Virus record (IMG/VR): IMGVR_UViG_2571042206_000004
Strand: one strand, 5' to 3'
Length of the DNA stretch: 64,000 bases
DNA from: a virus
Lineage: Duplodnaviria > Heunggongvirae > Uroviricota > Caudoviricetes
Positions 10,362-19,300 of this stretch are shown here, piece by piece. The number at the start of each line of letters is the position of its first letter. Position 1 is the stretch's first letter. The position numbers were made by a program, and so were the translations under genes. Below the pieces are notes generated by a model, which saw only the letters and a list, made by a program, of their open reading frames with translations, did no database searches and was not told the DNA's origin.

Positions 10362-13300
10362 TCAAGCTATTAAAGATGTACATAAGGCCCCTAAAGTCAT
10401 CGCAGGCGCAGGCGGTGGCGGTGGTGGCAAAGGGGGCAGTGAATCAGACGACGATCTTGAATCGAAATCGTTCCTGTCTTTGATTGATTTGCTCGGTGAG
10501 GGGCAAATTGGTGGCTTGGTAGATGACAGCCCTAAGTCAATCTTCCTTAACGATACGCCTTTGGTGAACGCGGCAGGGGAGTACAACTTCCAAAACGTAA
10601 CTTGGGCCATGCTTAAAGGAACCCAAGACCAGCCATCTTTAGGTGAAGGTTTCGACACTGTTGAGTCTTCTACTTCGGTTGGGCAGCTTATTACCCGCGA
10701 TTCTCCTGCAACTTTCTCAATTACAGACCCAAATGCAGATAGAGCGCGTGTAATTATCTCTACACCATCTTTGATCAGTACAACCAGTCGTGGCGACATT
10801 GTTGGCTCATCAGTCGAGTACAAATTCTCTATCTCGCTGAATAACAGTCATTTTGTTGAGATCGGCAAAGGCAAAATCACAGGTAAGACACGCTCGCGTT
10901 ATCAGCGTCAATACGAGTATGCGCTTCCAAAACAAACGGAAGACGGCACACGCGTAACAATGTGGACGATCAAGATTGAGCGCGTAAGTCCTGAGAGTAA
11001 TGAATCATCAACTTCAAACGATATTTACCTTGATAGTTATTCGGTAATTATCGGTTCGCGTTTGTCTTATCCAAACTCAGCCGTTTTTGGATTGAGTATT
11101 TCGTCAGAACAATTTCAAAGCATTCCAACCCGTTCTTACTTAGTTGACGGTTTACTCATTCGCGTTCCGTCTAACTATGACTACAAAACGCGTAAATACG
11201 AAGGTACTTGGAACGGCACTTTCAAACTCGCTCCAAGCGATAACCCTGCATGGATTCTTTACGACGTTATTACCAACGAGCGTTATGGCTTAGGTCAATT
11301 TGTTGACCCTGCATATGCAAACCCTGCTCGCTTATATGTGATTGGTCAATATTGTGACGAAATGGTCGATGATGGTTTTGGCGGAAAGGAACCACGTTTC
11401 ACATTAAATACCGTAATCAATAGCATTTCAGATGCTTATCAATTAATTAGCGACATCACTTCCGTATTCAACGGCATGGCCTACTGGTCTGGCTCTCAAT
11501 TTGGCTACATGTGCGACATGCCAACTCAGCCGACCATGCTTTACAACGCCTCAAACGTTGTTAATGGTGAGTTTGTTTATTCGGGCGCGTCTCGAAAAGA
11601 CATGCATTCAGTTGCTTTGATTACTTGGAACGACCCTGAACGCAACTATCAACGCGCCGTTGAATATGTTGAAGACCCTGAACTCATTCAACGTTACGGC
11701 GTGCGTAAAGCTGAAATTACATCATTCGGCTGTACATCACGCGGTCAGGCGCATCGTATCGGTAAATGGTTGCTTTATACAGAGCGTAACCAGTCACGCA
11801 CCATTTCCTTCAAAGTTGGTGTTGATTCTTCCTTTGTGCTTCCGGGTGACGTTGTACAGATTGCAGACCCTAATCGCTCAGGCAAACGAATGGGCGGTCG
11901 TTTAATTGGCGCAACTGCAACTTCAGCAACTCTCGATTCTGAAATTATTCTCAACGAAAACTCATCAATCATGTTGCGCTTGGCGAGTGGTGATTTTGTC
12001 GAACGTAACATCAAGACCATTGGCACTGACTTAGCAACAGGCAACTCGGTTATCAACTGGGATACTGCGCTTTCTACATTGCCAACGGATAACGCCGTTT
12101 GGATTGTTAAGTCTCCAGAGTTAGAGCCTCAACTTGCGCGTGTAGTTGCCATTGGTGACAGCGAGGATGCTCCGGGAACTTACACGATCACTACAATCGC
12201 TCACAACCCAAGCAAATTCGACTTCATCGAAAGCAACATTCAGCTTGATAGTCCGAATGTGACAATCATTTCGCCGTCACTCATTGAGGCGACAAAGAAT
12301 GTTGAAATCATTGAAGAAGCACGTATCGAACAGGGTATTACGGTTCGAAACATGTCGATCAATTGGGAGCAAGTGCCGAACGCTGTTTCTTACGAAGTTA
12401 AGTATAAGAAAACCGAAGGTAACTGGTTCACACTTCCAATTACAAAAGGATTAAGCGTAGAGATTGAGAATGTCTACGAGGGTGAATATGTGGCTCAAGT
12501 AGTAGCTATTTCGTCCACTGGCAGCCGTTCACCAGCAACCTACTCTATTCCTACAAAAGTTAATGGCCAAGCTTCGGTATTGCCAAAACTAGGCTTATTT
12601 AAAGCTACGCCTGCAATGTTTGCCATTGACCTTGCATGGGAATACGCGCCGGGCACCAAAGGCGTTGATCACGTAGAGATTCAAATGAGCCTAGACAACT
12701 CATTAGAAGCTAACTTTGCTCTACTAGGCACATATCCAGACCCAATGAAAGCCCACCAAGTGACAGGTTTAAACCTGAGTGATACGCGTTGGTTCCGCGC
12801 TCGCTTAGTGGACAAATTCGGAATCTCTGGCGAATGGTCTGATGTTGTATCGGCTGCACCAGATATTGACCCGGATAAAGTACTTGAAGTTATTTCTGGG
12901 CATATTGACGAAAGCGTTTTAGATACTGCCTTACAGGAAAAAATTGATACCTCTGAGCAAACTGCCAATGCCGCAAAAGATGCAGCGTCAGCAGCTCAAG
13001 GCGCAGCGTCGGCAGCGCAAAACGTAGCCAATGCCGCAAAAGATGCAGCGGCTACCGCTAAGAACACGGCAAATTTAGCGCAAAACGTAGCCAAAGAGGC
13101 TCAAAGCACTGCCGCGACCGCTCAAAACCAAGCAAATGCCGCTAAGACCGCCGCAGATCAAGCCGTTGCCGCATCAAACCAAGCCAAAGACACAGCAGAT
13201 AAGGCCACTTCAGCTGCAACTACTGCGCAAACGATGGCGAACAGCGCTTCTACAGCGGCAGCGAAAGCCAATACAGCCGCAACGAACGCACAAACAACCG

Positions 13301-16300
13301 CGAATAATGCAGCGTCCGCAGCGTCAAAAGTTGCCAGCGATTTAACAACCTCAACAAATCAGTTGAACCAAAAAATCGCCGATGAAGCAGATGCACGCAC
13401 AGTGGCAATTTCTAATCTGAAAGACGGTCTCACGACAGAAACAACTCAACGCAAGTCAGAAGACGCTGCGTTGTTAAGCAACATTGAGACGTTCAAATCA
13501 AGCACTAAAGGCTCGTTATCTAGCTTGCAAGAGCAGATCACAACGAACGCCACGAATACAGATGCCAATGCTCAGAAAATCACGTCGCTTGATTCCCGTT
13601 TGACCACAAACGAGGGCAAAACCGCCGAAGCGATTAATTCTGCTGCTACAGCTCAACAAACCGCAAGTACAGCGGTAGACAAGGCTAACGCTGCCGCAAA
13701 CTCCGTTACAGCTCTTAAATCAGAATTAAGCAGCGGAAAAGGCATTAATAACATTGTTGCGCCCTTCTCGGACCCACAAGAACTTCCAGCTCTAGGTGGA
13801 GCAGGTCGTACCGTAGCTTTAGTGGACTCTGCGTTACGTCGAAACGGTAAGGCTTACAAAGTGTCATTCACGGCGGCGGCTCATTATGTGTATTTCGGCA
13901 CCGCTCAGGCCGCTCTAGCGCCATCACAAATGGCGATGCAAGTTGAGGCGGGGCGCGCTTATACATTTAGCGCTTGGTTGAAGGCTTTATCAACGGCCGT
14001 TCCATCATTCCGTTTCAACATCATGTGGTTTATTCGTGACCCTAGCACTGGAAACATCACAACAAATGCCGGAATCATTTTTCCACAAGGTCAAACAGAT
14101 TCTTACGTTGCTCCAAACGCTAACGGTCAACGTTATTCCTTTAAACCAGTCAACTCACCTGCAAACACAATCGGCGCAACCGTCTATGTTGTAGGCAACC
14201 CTTCGGGGCCTTCTGCCGGCGAATACCTCATCGATATGTTGATGCTAGAAGAGTCTGTCGGTTCCGAAAAGCCTGCTTCTACGTGGACGGCGGGTCCTGC
14301 TGATCTAAATGCGATTAAGAATGCCTTAGATACAAACGCTGTAGCAATCAACAACCTAACTACACGCGTTTCGAACGACGAGGGGAAAATTACATCTCAG
14401 GGCAATTCGATCACGCAACTAAACAACAGCATTAATACGATTAATGGAACCCTTTCAAACAAAGCGGATGCTACGGCTTTAAATGCATTAACAACTCGCG
14501 TTTCTAATGCTGAGGGGCAAATTTCATCACAAGGGTCGTCAATTGTCTCTCTTCAAAACGATCTAGCATCTACCAACAAAGCCGTTTCAACCAAAGCTGA
14601 CTCAAGCGCTCTCAATTCTTTGGATTCAAAAGTATCAGAAATTGATGGTCGAGTAACAAGTACTGCCAATGCCGTTACCTCGCTTCAGGGCAGTGTTTCC
14701 AGCATTGAGAAGGGGCTTTCAACTAAAGCTGACGCGTCTGCATTAAACAACTACTACACAAAAACTGAGGCTGATTCTGCCGCCTCTGGCGCAATCGACA
14801 AGTTCAACAGTCAATTGACGATTGGTGGTGTAAACGTTGTTGCGAACTCCGAAGCTCCTCGCACTTCAACTGCCGCAACGAATCGCGAATATTTACTGTA
14901 TGAACGTAGCGCCGAATTAAAAGCGTTCTATGACGAAAACCTTGAGAAGCCAATCACGATTTCGTTTGAAATGAGCGTTCCTGTGGCTGGACCGGTTCAA
15001 GTTTATTCGTCAAATGGTTCTGCTCACCAATTCGTTACTTCCGTTAATGCAATTATCGTAAATCAATTTGCCAAATATTCAGTAACAGTTAGTCCAAAAG
15101 CGCATACGGCAAGTACAACTGTTTCGACAATTGAGTTCTATGGAACGTATGGAACTGGCCGTATCCCGACGATTCGTAAATTACAAATTGAAGCGGGCAC
15201 AAAGGCTACCGCTTGGAGTCCAAGCCCTCGTGATACAAAGGCTGCAATTGACGCCAATGCTTCTGCAATTCAAACGACCCAAACAAAAGTTGACAATATC
15301 GATGGTCGGCTAACCACTGCTACAGATTCGATTACGTCACTAAATTCGCGCATGTCTACAGCCGAAGGAAATATCAACAGCACAAATACTGCGGTTGGTG
15401 GACTTTCGACACGCATGGCAACCGCTGAGGGCAAGATCACCAATCAAAGTGATTCAATTGCATCGCTACAAAATAGCGTCACCTCAATCAATGGAACACT
15501 GGCAAACAAAGCCGATTCAAGCGCGGTCAATAACTTAACTAGCCGAGTGGAAACAGCCGAGGGCAAGATTTCAAGTCAAAGCGGGCAGATTACTTCGCTT
15601 AGCAATAGCCTTGATCTAACAAACAGCAACTTGAACGACGTAAATGTTCTGGCGCGACTGTTATCGCTTGGTAAGCCTCTACGCGAGGATCCAACTTTTA
15701 AAACTACCTCTTCGGGCGGTTTGTCTGCATACAATTTCCCTGCGGGAACCTCATGGATTAAGCAAGCCAAGTCAACAGACAACCCAACTGGCTCAACCCA
15801 TGAAATGCTTATTAAGGCAACTCAAGCGTTGGGTGGTGGTTGGTATCCAACTGCTCCAACGCTCGTGCTTACTGCTAATAAGACATTCTTAATTAAACAA
15901 ATTATTAAGATGCCAGTAGGCACAAAATTACAAGCCATCGGTAATGCTACGGGTACGGGTGGATACATCCGAATCTTGGGTAATGATCTAGGAACTGGCA
16001 AATTTGAAACGTACTACTCTGTCGTACAAGGTGGGGCTGATTTAAGTGGCTCTACTATTCAAGGTCATTTCCGCGTAATTGCCGGTACTAACCCGCCAGT
16101 ACCAACGGTTGATAATCCAGTCTTTGTGATTCTTGCTTCATACGAAGTATTTGATGTAACGGCTGTAAACGACACCATTCCAAAAGCTTATAGCGATGCT
16201 ATTGCAGCCAATGCGAATGCGATTAACACCCTGTCAAACACTGTCAGCCAGCAGGGTAATACCATTACTTCCCATAGTAATTCTATTACTCAACTAAATA

Positions 16301-19300
16301 ACAGCATTTCAAGCATCAACGGCGCACTTTCGAGTAAAGCGGATGCGAGCGCATTACAGTCGCTTGATTCAAAAGTAACACTAATCGACGGCAAAGTTAC
16401 ATCTAACTCTTCTGCATTAACAGCGTTGCAAAGCAGCTTTGAGGGAATTCCAAATCAAGGCGTGAACTTGCTCGGCCCTGAAATTTCCAACCCAATCGAA
16501 AAGCCAAATTGGATTTCAGGTCTTCCATTTGAAGTTATTCAATCACCAGATACGGTGAATGTGCGTGCGTTCCAATTCACGATGCCTGCCAACACCACTA
16601 GCGGCACTTACTTCAACATTGGTGGCGGCCAAGTTCCGCGACAGTGGCTAACAGAAGGTACATACATTTTTAGTTTTGTTGCCAAAACTGTTGGCGGGAC
16701 ACCACCGCATGCTATTGAGTGGCAACTCTACAATGTAGATAGTACACGCCTGCGCTTTAATATTACCGCAACATTAACCCGCTATAGCGGGGTGTTCACG
16801 GTGCCCGCTGGTGGTGCCGCTGCATGTATGCTGTTAATCGGAAACCCTACAGGCAAACCTGCGGGACAAGTTATCAATATCGAAAGAATGATGCTTGAAC
16901 GGCAAGTTGGCAACAACACAACCCCTTCGGCTTGGATTGCAGGTAGCGACCCAACCGGAATGATTCTTTCAACGCAAGCCAAGGCGACTGATTTATTCAA
17001 CACAGCCACTAGCCAAAACGCCGCGACTGCGGGACGCGTCACTAGCCTCGAAAGTCGCATGACGACCACAGAAGGCAATTTAAACAAAAAGGCTGATGCT
17101 TCTGCGCTTCAAAACCTCGACACGAAAGTTACGAATGTCGATGGCAAAGTAACGTCAAATACCAATGCCATTACAGCTTTAAGTTCAACTTTAAGCAACG
17201 CTACTTCAAGCATTTCAATGAATGCGGGTAATGCACAGGGCGATTGGACATTCTTTAATACGTCAGGCGAATACTCAATTGTTGCACAAGCGGATGGCCA
17301 AGCGGGTCGTGTTATTCAACTTGGAAATAATGCTGGCAATGATATTGTTTGGATGCATCCGAATAACTTCATTCCTTTTGATGCAACTAAGACATATCGA
17401 CTTCGTGCGCGGTATCGCCGTCGTGCCGGAACAGGCACAATTTACCTCGGTGTCTCTCAGAAAACCCCAGACAAGGCACTATACGTAACAACAGCCAACG
17501 CATTATCGGGCGATATGGGGTCTTCTAACTATGTTGTTAATGCGCACGCACCTGCGATCGATGAATGGCAAGAAATCGTTGCGTATATCAAAGGTCGATC
17601 AGCAGGAGCAGCATCGGGTTCAGGCTCAAAAACAAGCCCACGTACTGTTTCACAACAAGCAGGCTTCATCACGCCGATGTTTATTGCAAACTATTCGGCG
17701 CAAACGGGCATTGTTGAGCTTGATTACCTAATTCTGGAAGATGCAGAGGCAATTGTTGGCAATGATGCAAATGCATCAGCGATTAGCGCTCTTGATACCA
17801 AAGTATCAGAAGTTGATGGACGCTTAACGACAGCAACAAATTCAATCACTTCGCTTAACTCTCGTATGAGTGCAGCAGAAGGGAATATCTCAGCGGCAAA
17901 CTCGGCTCTAAGCGGTCTTTCAACGAGAATGACGGCTGCTGAAAATGGTTTAACCAATCAAAGTAATGCGATTACTAATTTAAGTAACAGCTTAACGGTT
18001 ACAACCAATACAGCGAACGCTGCATTGCCTAAGATTCAGGGCGGTACTGGCGCAGCTAAGTTATTTAGAGGCGTTCTTGTATGGCAGCAAAACGGCGCAA
18101 ATCTAACTGGCAATATCGTAATCCAAACGCCAATTACCTTCACAAATAAAATGTTCCGACTTTCACTTACTGGCTATAACTACTTGGCCGCTAAGAATGA
18201 AATTAATCTGAACATTGGGGGCTATGCATATTCGGGCACCTCTCTGCTTCAACATGGAGTGGTAAATTCGGGCACCATGCCAATTCGAGTTCGCATGGGT
18301 GTCCGAAATGGCACAGTAGTCGTTATTTTAACTTCTCAGGCACCAGGCGCTTACTGGCAATATCCAAAATTCAATATCGACGCTGAAATTGGCTACACAA
18401 CTCCACCAGATAGTTGGGCCGATGGTTGGTCAGCTAGTTTCATGGCTGAGGCAGACCTCGCATCTAATGGCATTTCTGCAATCATTGAGCCGTCTTTATT
18501 AGACATTTCAACAACGCTTAATGCCACTGCTTCTGCAATTAGTAATCTGACAAATACTGTGTCTCAACAGGGCGATACAATTACTTCTCACAGTAATTCT
18601 ATTACCACCTTAACCAACAAGATTACTAACAATGATTTATCGAATCTTGTTCTTAATCCTGATTTCGTAGACCCGAAAAGCGATTGGACATCTGGCGTAA
18701 TTGTTGATGCGACTGACGCAGCGCCTAACCCGCCTTCTGCAAAAGCATTAAGACTGAATAACCGTGATAGTTATTACGGTCCTTTCGTCAAATGTAATGT
18801 TGGCGACATGTTCTATGTTTCGGCTTGGTTTGCGACGCCAAATACATCAGCAACCGCTTCTGCCGTGCTTGGTTTCAATACTCGGAACAGCGCAGGCACT
18901 TACACTTGGTATAGCGTTGCCATTAAGTCTACGGACAAAAATGCTTGGGGTATGGTGGAAGGTTATTTCACTGTGCCAAATGGCATGGTTGATATTCGAC
19001 CTTGGCTTCAAGTAAGTATTGCTGCGTCAGAAGCAGCGGGGCAGCAATGGCATGTTACGAACATTCAAGTACGTAACATTACAGGTAATAAGAAGTTAGC
19101 AACCGACTTGCAAGCAACCTCGTCCGCCGTAACTGATTTAACTTCAAAAGTTACAAACATCGACGGTCGTTTAACTTCGGCATCAAATAATATCGTTACG
19201 CTCAACAATAGCGTTACAAACATCAATGCCACCCTCGCCCAGAAGGCAGATGCGACAGCCTTAAATTCGCTCTCTAATCGAGTAACCACTGCGGAGGGGA